Assembly: GCA_003560595.1 (NCBI GenBank) | Contig: PWKY01000095.1 | Coordinates: 6,421 to 70,420, forward strand | Length of the DNA: 64,000 bases | Reading direction: 5' to 3' | Origin: Thermoplasmata archaeon | Lineage (GTDB): Archaea; Thermoplasmatota; Thermoplasmata; Halarchaeoplasmatales; Halarchaeoplasmataceae | In this document: positions 1 to 10,049 of the stretch, piece by piece | Layout of the letters: each line of letters begins with the position of its first letter | Position numbering within the stretch: position 1 is the stretch's first letter | Made by a program: the position numbers and the translations under genes | The notes under the pieces: model-generated | What the model saw: only the letters and a program-made list of their open reading frames with translations | The model's database searches: none | Told to the model about the DNA's origin: nothing

Positions 1-63
1 GATCTAGATGATGTACTGGAGACGGTTATAGATACCATCGAATATCTGAAGGAACATCTATGA
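1..63 (+). CDS. 3' end of a gene running in from the left edge (unknown product)
   Basis: Frame 1 reads DLDDVLETVIDTIEYLKEHL-stop (TGA 61-63), directly upstream of the amidohydrolase. Confidence 0.55.
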   Translation, partial: DLDDVLETVIDTIEYLKEHL

Positions 64-82
64 GGTGTATGGGGGGATAAAG

Positions 83-1579
83 ATGAGAATCGGTTTCATC
101 AATTGCAATGTGATTCCATTAGCTGAGCGCAAGAAACTATTCCACGGTTTTATGGTAGAGGAAGGTCGTATCACAGGTATCGGCGACTATGATAAGATCA
201 TGGAAGAGTCCGATGAACTGATCAACTTACAAGGTTGTACGGTTCTACCTGGTTTTATAGATTCACACACACACCTTATGGAGATGGGGCTGAACATGGA
301 CCGTGTTGACCTATCATCCACAAAAAGCTATACCGAGGCTCTGTTTTACATTGAAAGGGGAGTTGAAGATACGGAAGAAGGAGAGTGGGTGATAGGAACT
401 TGTTTCGACGAGACTAAATGGAAGAAGGGAGGACTACCTACAAAACAAGAGTTAGACGACATATCCACCGACCATAATATACTCGTAAAACGGGTATGCG
501 GACATATAGCTGTTGCCAACTCTAGGGCTCTTGAACAGATAGATACATCTATGAACTATGTTGATACGGAAACTGGTATATTAAAAGAAGACGTGCTTTG
601 GAAACTTGATGATATCATAGGCATCGATATGGAGAAAAGACAGATCGCCTTGAAAGCAGCTATAAAAGAGGCGCACAGATTGGGAGTAACGGGAATCCAC
701 GAGGTCATGAGTAGAGATTCGTGGAAGGCTTATGAAAAGTTAGACGAAAAAGATGAACTCAAACTCCGTGTAAGAGGATACATCATGCACGAAGAATCCG
801 AAGGTTTGAAACCAATTGAAAAAAGCGATTACCTTGCACTGAGAGGGATCAAAATATTCGTGGATGGTTCTCTGGGCGGTAGGACCGCAGCTTTAGAAGA
901 GGATTACGAAGATGATCCGGGAAACAAAGGGGTCCTGCTTCTCGAGCAAAATAAGATAGAGGAGATATTGATAGATGCCGAGGAAAGAGGGTTACAGTTG
1001 ATGGCTCATGCCATCGGATCTAGGGCGATCTCTACCCTTATTTTAGCCATAGAATCAGCTTCTGAACGCCCTAAAGAATTGAGGCACCGCATAGAACATG
1101 CAGAGATGGTTTCCTCTGACCATATCCGAAGGATCAGAGAACTTGGTTTGATGATCTCAGCACAACCCAACTTTGCATACCAGTGGTCTCAAAAGAACGG
1201 TATGAACGAACAGCGGCTCGGTAAAGAACGTTTAAAGAGATGTAACCCCTACTGGGATATTCAGCGGTCATTGGTCAAAATGGCTTTCGGTTCAGATAAC
1301 ATGCCCATGTCACCTATTTTCGGTGTGTTCTCTGCGGTCAACCATCCCATCCTAGAACAGCGGATTTCAGTATATAACGCACTTCAATGCTATATCAAGA
1401 ACGGCGATTACATAGGAAAGGACGAAGAAGATCTAGGATCTTTGGAAGAAGGTAAAAAGGCGGATTTTGTGGTACTTTCAGATAATCCTTTGGAATCCGA
1501 CGACTTGAGGGATATCGAGGTGATGATGACCGTGGTGAACGGTGAAATCGTGTACGATGGTAGGGATGAAGAAGTTTGA
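83..1579 (+). CDS. Amidohydrolase 3 family (YtcJ-like) metal-dependent hydrolase
   Basis: PGFIDSHTH, HAIG, RIEHAE, FGSD and GSLEEGKKADFVVL motifs; ATG at 83 preferred over GTG at 65. Confidence 0.85.
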   Translation: MRIGFINCNVIPLAERKKLFHGFMVEEGRITGIGDYDKIMEESDELINLQGCTVLPGFIDSHTHLMEMGLNMDRVDLSSTKSYTEALFYIERGVEDTEEGEWVIGTCFDETKWKKGGLPTKQELDDISTDHNILVKRVCGHIAVANSRALEQIDTSMNYVDTETGILKEDVLWKLDDIIGIDMEKRQIALKAAIKEAHRLGVTGIHEVMSRDSWKAYEKLDEKDELKLRVRGYIMHEESEGLKPIEKSDYLALRGIKIFVDGSLGGRTAALEEDYEDDPGNKGVLLLEQNKIEEILIDAEERGLQLMAHAIGSRAISTLILAIESASERPKELRHRIEHAEMVSSDHIRRIRELGLMISAQPNFAYQWSQKNGMNEQRLGKERLKRCNPYWDIQRSLVKMAFGSDNMPMSPIFGVFSAVNHPILEQRISVYNALQCYIKNGDYIGKDEEDLGSLEEGKKADFVVLSDNPLESDDLRDIEVMMTVVNGEIVYDGRDEEV

Positions 1580-2193
1580 ACAAAGATAGGTTTGATAGAT
1601 GGGCGAAAGATTACGATAAGTCTATTTCCGAGAGTATGGAAGGATATCCCTTTGAAGGGTACTATGAAGTACTAGAATACATATGTGGTTTGATCAAAGA
1701 AGTCGATGGTAAAAGGATATTGGATATAGGTGTCGGGACCGGGCTTCTCACCCATGAACTATACGTGTCTGGGGCTGAAATAGTTGGGATAGACTTTTCT
1801 AAAGAGATGATCGAGAAGGCAAAAAATAAGATGCCTGATGCGGTTTTTTTACTCTACGATTTCAACGAGGGTATTCCCGATGATCTGTGCGGCATGCGAT
1901 TAGATTTCGTAGTTTCATCCTATGCGATACACCACATAGATGATCAGTCGAAGTTGGATCTGATCAATTCTGTTAGAGATCTACTTAGAGAAGATGGGAA
2001 GATCTTGATCGGGGACGTGGCATTTCGAAATGAGGAGGAGTTGGAAAGATGTAAGAAGAAGTACAAAGGGGATTGGGATGAAGAAGAGTACTATATAGTT
2101 GCAGAAGAGTTGTGTAAAGAACTGAATAAAAGAGGCTTACGATGTGACTACACACAGATTTCCAGCTGTGCAGGTGTCCTCATCGCTCGATGA
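1576..2193 (+). CDS. Class I SAM-dependent methyltransferase
   Basis: ILDIGVGTG motif I, GIDFS, SSYAIHH; TTG start overlaps the upstream stop. Confidence 0.85.
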   Translation: MNKDRFDRWAKDYDKSISESMEGYPFEGYYEVLEYICGLIKEVDGKRILDIGVGTGLLTHELYVSGAEIVGIDFSKEMIEKAKNKMPDAVFLLYDFNEGIPDDLCGMRLDFVVSSYAIHHIDDQSKLDLINSVRDLLREDGKILIGDVAFRNEEELERCKKKYKGDWDEEEYYIVAEELCKELNKRGLRCDYTQISSCAGVLIAR

Positions 2194-2243
2194 CGAATAT
2201 ATTAAATATCTGCATCAACTATCGGAGCGGTAGGTGTTATAAA

Positions 2244-2624
2244 ATGGTCGAAGTCCCTAAGGATTTAAAGTATACGGCAGAGCATGAGTGGGTAAAGGTA
2301 AAAGGCAGCGAAGCAACGTACGGAATAACGGATTATGCCCAAGAGGAGCTAGGCGATATCGTTTACGTCGAGCTTCCAGAAGAGGGAGATGAAGTTGAAA
2401 AAGGAGATATGATAGGTGTTGTGGAGTCTGTTAAAACCGTATCTGATCTATTCTCACCGATAAGCGGGGCCATAGTGAAGGTAAACTACGATCTAGAAGA
2501 TGCCCCTGAACTGATAAACGAAGAACCTTACGACGGGGGATGGATAGCCGTGATCGAGTACGAGGATGAGGACGAAATAGACAAACTACTCAGTGAAGAA
2601 GAGTATAAAAAAGAAATAGAATGA
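2244..2624 (+). CDS. gcvH: Glycine cleavage system H protein
   Basis: YTAEHEW, GITDYAQEELGDIVYVELP, lipoyl-Lys motif VESVKTVSD, PYDGGW; ATG 2244 follows a GGTG SD-like element. Confidence 0.95.
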   Translation: MVEVPKDLKYTAEHEWVKVKGSEATYGITDYAQEELGDIVYVELPEEGDEVEKGDMIGVVESVKTVSDLFSPISGAIVKVNYDLEDAPELINEEPYDGGWIAVIEYEDEDEIDKLLSEEEYKKEIE

Positions 2625-2636
2625 AAGGGTTTTTTA

Positions 2637-3926
2637 CTATTTGTTTAAGAACTTGAACCGCTTGTGGGCAGGCATCCCTTCTTTGTAGCAATAGTGTATT
2701 CCTTGGAAGTCCTCTCTGAACTCTTCTACGTCCTGCTTTACTTTCTTTGGATCTTCATCCTCGATGATAACGCGTTTGATGAATTCCGCTACCTCGTCCA
2801 TGTGACTCTCTTTCATCCCTAAACGTGTGAGTTCTTGGGAACCTAAACGTATACCACTGGGCTCCTGAGCACTGTCGACGTCGTCCCAAGGCATGAGATT
2901 CTTGTTGGCTATCATGTTGGCCTCTTCCATAGCTTCCACCGATGTTTCTCCACCTCCGTATTCCCTAACATCCATGGCGATGGTATGGCTTGCGGTGAAA
3001 CCTTTATGAGAGCACATAACGTCGAACCCCCGCTCGTAGAGTGCTTGACCTAGTGCCTTTGCGTTCTTGATTATCTGTTTTGCGTACTCTTTGCCGAAAT
3101 CCATATGCTCAGCCAGACTCACACCTAAAGCTGCCATGGCGTGAAGGTGATGGTTCGAAAGTACACCTGGGAATACGGACCAGAATAGTTTATCCCGTGC
3201 TTCGTCGCTACTTGGATTAGCTAATAACATACCGTGCTGGGGTCCGGGTAGGGTTTTGTGTGTACTGCCGGTCATGACTTCAACACCCTCCTTTAACGGA
3301 TCCTGGAATTCCCCGCCGGCTATGAGTCCGAGAACGTGGGCTCCGTCGTACCAAACGTGACAGCCGACTTCCTGGAAAACATCCTCAAGCTCTTTCAATG
3401 GTGTAGGGAACAAAAAGACGGATTGACCGAAGAGTGCTATGTCCGGTTTCTCTTCTAGGATCATCTTACGGGTGCCATCTACATCAAGGTTCATATCATC
3501 GACGTTAAAAGGGTAAGTGATCGGAGACATGCCGCGAAGGCCCACCGCACCGAATGGTGCACTGCTTATATGGGCGCCGGAGGATACATCAACCGAGGTG
3601 ATCTTCTTATCCGGTCCTCCGAATGCCATGAGAACCGCCATATTGGCTACCGTGCCAGATATAGGTCTTACATCTGCGTAGTCCGCGTCGAACAGTTTTT
3701 TAGCTAGTTTCTCCGTCCTTATCTCTACTTCATCCACGTATATGTTGCCCTGATAATAGCGCTCTCCAGGGGCACCTTCCGCGTATCTATCGTGAAAGTC
3801 GCTGATCAACATCTCCCGGGCCAGGGGGCTGATTATGTTTTCCGAAGCGATCATCGGAATTGACTTTGAGAACCATTCGTGGTGTTTGTCCACCTGTTCA
3901 TATATGAATCTTACATCTTCTTTCAT
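2637..3926 (-). CDS. glyA: Serine hydroxymethyltransferase (archaeal type)
   Basis: MIASEN, RYAEG, YDGAHVLGLIAGG, PLP-Lys motif STHKTLPGPQHG, SGIRLGSQELTRLG. Confidence 0.95.
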   Translation of the reverse strand: MKEDVRFIYEQVDKHHEWFSKSIPMIASENIISPLAREMLISDFHDRYAEGAPGERYYQGNIYVDEVEIRTEKLAKKLFDADYADVRPISGTVANMAVLMAFGGPDKKITSVDVSSGAHISSAPFGAVGLRGMSPITYPFNVDDMNLDVDGTRKMILEEKPDIALFGQSVFLFPTPLKELEDVFQEVGCHVWYDGAHVLGLIAGGEFQDPLKEGVEVMTGSTHKTLPGPQHGMLLANPSSDEARDKLFWSVFPGVLSNHHLHAMAALGVSLAEHMDFGKEYAKQIIKNAKALGQALYERGFDVMCSHKGFTASHTIAMDVREYGGGETSVEAMEEANMIANKNLMPWDDVDSAQEPSGIRLGSQELTRLGMKESHMDEVAEFIKRVIIEDEDPKKVKQDVEEFREDFQGIHYCYKEGMPAHKRFKFLNK

Positions 3927-3993
3927 CTTAAGCACCTTGATGGTAGATTAGAGCGGGGTTATTAAACCATTTTGTTTGAACGGTTTTGAATCT

Positions 3994-4659
3994 TTAGCTG
4001 TGATTGAGTTTCTTCCATATAGCAGCAAACATGAGTGCCATAAAAAATGCAAAAACACCTATCCAGGGAGTATCGTCATCATCATTTTCTGGAGCATCGT
4101 TTTCCGGAGGAGGAGCATCGTTTGTGGGAGGTTCCAGCCAAGAGGAGGCGGTATCTGTAGCTCGTTGGTCAGAAAATGAATCCATGTAATGGGCTATAAC
4201 GTGAAGGTAAAAGTTATCCATAAAGTCGAAGGCGTCTATCGGAGCCTCTATTGTGAGTATTTCATCCATTACACTAAATTGTAGATCGGTGACTTCCGAA
4301 GGATCATGTGATAATGTGTAGTACGCCTCACCGCTGTTAAAAGCGACCATGACCCCTTGTGTATCCCCCATATTAGTCGTTTTTTCTTCAAGTGCATAAA
4401 ACGTGTATGAGTAATCCGGATCGTACTGTCTTATCGTACCCGCTACTTTGACTATGAAAAAAAGTGTCTCGTCTTCAATCCTCGTCTCGACCTCTAATAT
4501 GTCAACATCAGGCCTTCTCACGGTATTACCCCCCTGGTCTATCACATCCCCTTCAGGGTCGGAAAATAACATCTCGAAGTCCGCTTCCGCTGCGAAGGAA
4601 GTAAAGAATAAAGCTATAATAAAAAGTACGAACGTTTTACGGAACGTTTCCAATAACAT
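3994..4659 (-). CDS. Secreted acidic protein with C-terminal membrane anchor (PGF-CTERM-like variant TPWIG)
   Basis: N-terminal signal peptide ending FAAEA; P/D-rich linker; TPWIGVFAFFMALMFAAIWKK tail. Confidence 0.75.
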   Translation of the reverse strand: MLLETFRKTFVLFIIALFFTSFAAEADFEMLFSDPEGDVIDQGGNTVRRPDVDILEVETRIEDETLFFIVKVAGTIRQYDPDYSYTFYALEEKTTNMGDTQGVMVAFNSGEAYYTLSHDPSEVTDLQFSVMDEILTIEAPIDAFDFMDNFYLHVIAHYMDSFSDQRATDTASSWLEPPTNDAPPPENDAPENDDDDTPWIGVFAFFMALMFAAIWKKLNHS

Positions 4660-4768
4660 CGTTAGTATTTATCTAAGTACCTCATTATTAACATTTCCGT
4701 ATTAACAGGAACAATCCTTTTATATGTCTCAAAGGCCTAAGGTTATACAAAATAAACCAGAAGGAGAT

Positions 4769-5932
4769 ATGATGGCGGGAATAGAGGATATCAAAGCTAG
4801 GGACGTGATGTCAAAGGAGTTGATAACTGCAAGATGTGATGACACCGTTTCCGATGCTATAGGTATAATGAGAAAACATAATATTTCAGAAGTTCTGATA
4901 GAGCACGAAAAAAACGGGATAGTAGGTATAGTTACCGACGAGACATTCATGAAACGAAGGCACCTACCTCTTTCCACTAAGCTACAACACGTTATGGCTA
5001 GTCCACCCCAGATCAACGAAGATGATTCCATAGTAGATATATGCGAGATGCTTATGTCTTCCGGTCTTCGTGGTATACCTGTGGCAAACAAAAAGGGAGA
5101 ATACGTTGGTTTCGTGGGTCGTACGGATATAATCAAGATGATCCCAAACATCGATGATTTGAAGAAGATTTACATCAAAAACATAATGACTCCGAATCCG
5201 ATGACCATAAACGAGCGGGATGTGATCGGAAATGCAAAGAACGTGATGCGGTCGTTGGATGAACGAGTCGTGCCTGTTGTAGATGGGTACGGAAAGCTGT
5301 CAGGGATGATCGGCCTTGCAGACATAATAAAGGAGACATTCAAACCCATGGATAGGGAATCTATGGGCGAACGTTCGGGAGAGAAGGAATCGCCCATGTC
5401 AGACATAAAGGTAAAAAGCATAATGATAGATAATCCCATCACTACGAAACCTAACGACACCATGCGGGACGCCGCTAAGAAGATGAGAGATAACGATATT
5501 TCTACACTCGTTGCATTGGACGATGGAGACATCAAAGGTATAGTTACTCAAGTGGACCTTGTGGAAACGATAGCCAGTTTTAGAGAATCAGACCATGTAT
5601 ATGTGCAGATATCTGGGTTGGAAGAAGAGCCTGAAACCTTCGATGTTATGTACGATATCTTACAGAAATATCTGACCAAGTTCGCCAAAGTTGTGAAACC
5701 ATTGGTTATGAATGTACATGTGGTGACGCATCAGAAGGAAGGAGAAGAGGTCAAGTACAGTATCAGACTAAGGCTCCAGACAGACCACGGGATGTTCTAT
5801 ACCAAGGAATACGATTGGAATATAATGAAGGCTTTGGATGAAGCTTTAGATAACATGCGAGGGAACATATTCAAGGAAAAAGATAAAAGAGTAGAGCACA
5901 GGAGAAATAAACATCCAAAATATGGATCCTAA
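4769..5932 (+). CDS. Four-CBS-domain protein with C-terminal HPF/RaiA-like domain (Hib-like ribosome hibernation factor candidate)
   Basis: Four CBS repeats, then YSIRLRLQTDHGMFYTKEYDWNIMKALDEALDNMRGNIFKEK resembling the HPF fold; AGGAG SD before ATG 4769. Confidence 0.75.
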   Translation: MMAGIEDIKARDVMSKELITARCDDTVSDAIGIMRKHNISEVLIEHEKNGIVGIVTDETFMKRRHLPLSTKLQHVMASPPQINEDDSIVDICEMLMSSGLRGIPVANKKGEYVGFVGRTDIIKMIPNIDDLKKIYIKNIMTPNPMTINERDVIGNAKNVMRSLDERVVPVVDGYGKLSGMIGLADIIKETFKPMDRESMGERSGEKESPMSDIKVKSIMIDNPITTKPNDTMRDAAKKMRDNDISTLVALDDGDIKGIVTQVDLVETIASFRESDHVYVQISGLEEEPETFDVMYDILQKYLTKFAKVVKPLVMNVHVVTHQKEGEEVKYSIRLRLQTDHGMFYTKEYDWNIMKALDEALDNMRGNIFKEKDKRVEHRRNKHPKYGS

Positions 5933-6921
5933 AGTTCCCAGTACTTGTGCAGCGCATTTATAGTATCTAAAACCGCTTCCTCACCTTTCTTATTCTTATC
6001 GAGATCCTTTGTGAATTCTAGTTCAACCTCCTCATCACTTACGATACCGGCGGTGATCTCTGCAAGGGAAGGGATATGGTATCCACCCTCAAGCATATAA
6101 GATATTCTACCGCCGCATAGTTCGTCTGAAAGAGATGCTAGTTTTTTACAGGTATCGATATAACACTGGCTCGACAAAGATAATCCGGTCATAACGTCAG
6201 CGTAATGGCCGTCGGTTCCTAGGGAAACGAGTATCAATTGCGGGGAATACTGTTTCAATATCGGGTCGATGATATCGTCGAAGGCTAAGTTCATCGATGA
6301 ATCACCTGAACCGGCTGGGAAGGCGACGTTGACGTTATATCCTTCACCCTGATCTTCTCCGACTGCTACGCTAACTCCTGTTCCTGGGTATATCCCGTGA
6401 TGATGTGTGGAGATGTAGAGGACTTCCGAGTCGGAGTAGAAAATATCACTGGTACCGTTTCCATGATGTGAGTCGATATCCACGATGGCCACTCGATCAA
6501 GGTCTGCAAAACGAGCTCCTATGGCGATGTTGTTCAGATAGCAGAATCCTCCGCCGTAATCAGCACCGGCGTGATGTCCAGGGGGCCTTAATAGTGCTAT
6601 GTTCTTGTTTTTTTTCATGGCCTCATCTACAGATAGTAAAGCTCCTGATACCGCCATCCTAGCTATCTCGTAGGTCTCCGATGACACGAAGGTATCACCA
6701 CCGTCTAAGTAGTCGCTGGTCATTGTTGAAAGTGAGCGAAGGTACCTATCGGTGTGGACCAGCTTTGATACGTCCTTCTCCATCTCTTCGGGAAAGAGGA
6801 TATCATCTACCAATGAAAGTGAGTCCAGTTTCACCAGTATACCTTCAAGCCTTTCCGGTCTTTCAGGATGCGTGGAGGGATGCTGATGGTCCATATATCG
6901 AGGATGAAAAATGACCTTCAT
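5929..6921 (-). CDS. Histone deacetylase-family (HdaH/AcuC-like) deacylase
   Basis: HPERPER, RPPGHHAG, GFCYLNN, DIDSHHGNGT, GTDGH, LEGGY. Confidence 0.92.
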   Translation of the reverse strand: MKVIFHPRYMDHQHPSTHPERPERLEGILVKLDSLSLVDDILFPEEMEKDVSKLVHTDRYLRSLSTMTSDYLDGGDTFVSSETYEIARMAVSGALLSVDEAMKKNKNIALLRPPGHHAGADYGGGFCYLNNIAIGARFADLDRVAIVDIDSHHGNGTSDIFYSDSEVLYISTHHHGIYPGTGVSVAVGEDQGEGYNVNVAFPAGSGDSSMNLAFDDIIDPILKQYSPQLILVSLGTDGHYADVMTGLSLSSQCYIDTCKKLASLSDELCGGRISYMLEGGYHIPSLAEITAGIVSDEEVELEFTKDLDKNKKGEEAVLDTINALHKYWEL

Positions 6922-6971
6922 CTTATGAGTTAAAATCAAGAACATATTTAAACCTTTTATGTATTGTAAGT

Positions 6972-7640
6972 GTGATGAGTTACGCGGCTCTGTATTCCGG
7001 TGGTAAGGATTCTAATCTGGCTTTGTGGATGGCTCAAGAGGAGGGAAAAAAGGTAGAGTATCTGATCACTATCTATCCAAAAAGAGACGATTCCTACATG
7101 TTCCACAAACCCAATCTTGATCACGTACCTATGTTAGCAGAGTCCATGAACATTCCTCTGATCATGGAGGAATCCACGGGTGTGAAAGAAGAGGAGTTAA
7201 ATGATCTTGAGAATGCACTCGACTCTATCGAGGTTGATGGAGTGATAACCGGAGCGGTAGCATCCAGTTACCAACGTGACAGGATAGAAAGGATCGCTTT
7301 AGATAGAGGGATTGAAGTGTATTCGCCGTTATGGGGGATGGATCAGGTAGAGCTCATGGAGACCCTTTTGAAAGATGGATTCGAGTGTATTATCGTCGGT
7401 GTGGCGGCCTTGGGATTGGATGAGGGATGGCTGGGCAGGAATATCGATCAAGGATGTTTGGACGATTTGAAAGCGCTTTATGATCGGTACGGGATCAACG
7501 TAGCCGGCGAAGGTGGTGAGTACGAAAGCTTTGTACTGGATGCACCCAACTATGAGTGGGGCTTTCAAGTGGAAAAAGGATGCAAAAAGTGGGATGGACA
7601 TAGGGGAACTTACGATATCAAATCGATTAAGCGCTGTTGA
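6972..7640 (+). CDS. dph6: Diphthine--ammonia ligase / Dph6-family PP-loop ATPase
   Basis: SGGKDS PP-loop, SYMFH, GAVASSYQ, PLW, GEGGEYES. Confidence 0.85.
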   Translation: MMSYAALYSGGKDSNLALWMAQEEGKKVEYLITIYPKRDDSYMFHKPNLDHVPMLAESMNIPLIMEESTGVKEEELNDLENALDSIEVDGVITGAVASSYQRDRIERIALDRGIEVYSPLWGMDQVELMETLLKDGFECIIVGVAALGLDEGWLGRNIDQGCLDDLKALYDRYGINVAGEGGEYESFVLDAPNYEWGFQVEKGCKKWDGHRGTYDIKSIKRC

Positions 7641-7713
7641 CAAATTGCAAATTGTTAGATTACAAAAAAAGATATTAATAGATGGGTTATACGCTTAAAT
7701 TGGCGATAGAATT

Positions 7714-9327
7714 ATGTCCGATAAAGAATTCAGGAAATTTGAAGAAGAGCTTTTCAACACGATCGTAGAAAGGAATCCCCATCTTGCGACCCATGTAGGT
7801 ATACACGATCACGACCATCTTTTACCTGATGGTTCCATGGAGAAACATCTAGAAGATATCGAGTTGATAGAAAAAGCTAGGGGTGAACTGGAATCATTTG
7901 ATGCAAAAAAACTATCTCAGGAGAACATGTTCGCTAGAAAGGTGGGTTTACATGTTTTAGACATGATGCTGTTAAATGAGAAAGATATCGAGATGTGGAA
8001 GAAGAATCCTTCAGTACCAGGCATCATAGGCGGCAGCATATTTCCGCTTTTGAAACGCGAATTTGCGCCTTTCGAAGAGAGATTGGAAAGTATCATCGGG
8101 CGGATCGAAAGTATCCCCGATTTCATCGAATCTTCGAAATCGTCACTGGTAGAACCGGTCGTCCTTTGGATAGATATGGCCATCGAGTCAGTACGGCAGT
8201 TACCTATGCTTTTTAAGCTGGTGATGATGATCGCTCAGGAAAAGGGGATTAAAGAAGATACATTGATACGTTTGAGCAAAGCGGTAGATAGAGCCGACGA
8301 AGCTCTAGAAAGATACGATGTTTGGTTGGAAGAAAAAAGAAGTGAGGCCTCCGACGATTTTACCATAGGTGATGAACTGTTCGACGAGCTTTTAAAGAAA
8401 CGAAAGCTGGGTTACGAGGCCAACGATATCCTGGAGTTGGGAGAGGATTACCTGGAAAAAACCAAGAAAAATATGCGAATATATGCTGAGCAGATAGATC
8501 CAGGCAAGGATGTTTGGGAGGTTCTAGAAGAAATAACTTCGGAAACCCCAGCGGATATAGACGATGCTCTGGAGTGGTATCGAAAGGGGCTAGAAGAGGC
8601 TAAAGAGTTCGTCATTGAACATGAACTCTGTACCATCCCAGAAGATGAAGAAATCGAGGTGACCGAGACTCCTGAATATCTAAGGCACCTTATTCCCTAT
8701 GCCGCCTACATGGGACCCGCTAAATTTGACGATATAAAAAAGGGGATCTACGTAGTGACACCTCCTGCGGGAGATAACGGGTGGAAAAAGATGTCATACT
8801 GGGATGTAAGGAATACCACGGTTCACGAAGGGTATCCCGGCCACCACCTGCAGATTTCATGTTCTACCACCATAGATGACTACCTGATAATGTTCTCACG
8901 TGCTATCGAAACCATAGAGGGCTGGGCACATTACTGTGAGGAGATGATGAAGGAACATGGGTTCGACGATACTCCTGAAGCGCGTTTGATACAGAACAGA
9001 GATATATTGTGGAGGGCTGCTAGGATAATCGTCGACGTTAAGCTGAGCACGGGTAAGATGAGTTTTGAAGAAGCCGTTGATTTTTTAGTGGATAAAGTTA
9101 AGCTGGAAAGACCATCGGCTTTAGCGGAGGTTAAAAGATACACTCAGAATCCAGCATATCAGCTAAGTTATCTGTTGGGTAAACACATGCTAATGGAACT
9201 TAAAGAGGAGATAAAAGAAAGGATGGGTGACGATTACTCCGAGAAATTCTTCCACGATACCATACTGTACTCGGGAAGCGTGCCCATCGAATACTTGAGG
9301 GAAAGGTTTTACCGGAAGATAGGATAA
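7714..9327 (+). CDS. DUF885 family protein (putative metallopeptidase)
   Basis: HEGYPGHHLQ, IEGWAHYCE, RAARIIVD, EVKRYTQNPAYQLSYLLG, FHDTIL; no signal peptide. Confidence 0.88.
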   Translation: MSDKEFRKFEEELFNTIVERNPHLATHVGIHDHDHLLPDGSMEKHLEDIELIEKARGELESFDAKKLSQENMFARKVGLHVLDMMLLNEKDIEMWKKNPSVPGIIGGSIFPLLKREFAPFEERLESIIGRIESIPDFIESSKSSLVEPVVLWIDMAIESVRQLPMLFKLVMMIAQEKGIKEDTLIRLSKAVDRADEALERYDVWLEEKRSEASDDFTIGDELFDELLKKRKLGYEANDILELGEDYLEKTKKNMRIYAEQIDPGKDVWEVLEEITSETPADIDDALEWYRKGLEEAKEFVIEHELCTIPEDEEIEVTETPEYLRHLIPYAAYMGPAKFDDIKKGIYVVTPPAGDNGWKKMSYWDVRNTTVHEGYPGHHLQISCSTTIDDYLIMFSRAIETIEGWAHYCEEMMKEHGFDDTPEARLIQNRDILWRAARIIVDVKLSTGKMSFEEAVDFLVDKVKLERPSALAEVKRYTQNPAYQLSYLLGKHMLMELKEEIKERMGDDYSEKFFHDTILYSGSVPIEYLRERFYRKIG

Positions 9328-9402
9328 ATACCACATCCTACCTTCGGACAACCTACGAGCTACTTATATGTGGATCTCTTAGAGGATCCGATGAAGCTTC
9401 CA

Positions 9403-9957
9403 TCAGCGAAGTGTTTTTGAAGCACTTTCTGTGGACCGTTCTTCAAAGGAGCCGACAAGGTCCAAATGTGAAGATGAAGCCTCCGGATTTTTAGCTACCA
9501 CGCCTTGGTAAAGATTCTTCTCTTCGGACAAAGATTCCGCATGTGCCTTTTCCATCAGTCCCAAGTAATTGAAAAGCTTGTTATGTTTAGGTTGTGTCTT
9601 CGCTAGATACCGATATATTTTATACGCGTTTCTTTCGTTCTCTATGGCTGCATCGAGTGATTCTATTAAGTTCCTAACAGTATCTATAGGTACGTCACCT
9701 TCGTGTGGTGGTAATCCCTCTTTTTCCGGTACTTCTATGTTCCGGTCACCAAAAATCTTCTCGTGCAGTTTGAGAAGTTCTCTCTTATGCATCTTCTCGT
9801 CATTTGCTAAGCTCATATATCGAGATGAAACTATGCTGCTTTTGGTTTTCTCCGACAGCTTGGTGTAGAACTCATGAGCCTTCTCTTCCGCCCTTATAGA
9901 GTATCCAAGTATCTCTTTGAAACTGAGTGTATCTAATACCTCGTTCATGTTAATCAA
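9403..9957 (-). CDS. Ferritin-like / rubrerythrin-family diiron protein
   Basis: Paired E...ExxH motifs: AEEKAHEFY...DEKMH and NERNAYKIY...MEKAH. Confidence 0.8.
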   Translation of the reverse strand: MINMNEVLDTLSFKEILGYSIRAEEKAHEFYTKLSEKTKSSIVSSRYMSLANDEKMHKRELLKLHEKIFGDRNIEVPEKEGLPPHEGDVPIDTVRNLIESLDAAIENERNAYKIYRYLAKTQPKHNKLFNYLGLMEKAHAESLSEEKNLYQGVVAKNPEASSSHLDLVGSFEERSTESASKTLR

Positions 9958-10049
9958 TCCATTTAGTATTGTAGTGGTATTAAATTGTTTTCATACAACA
10001 TCCCCAAACCTATATATAACCGAATGAACATATGCATGCGGGTGCAAAC

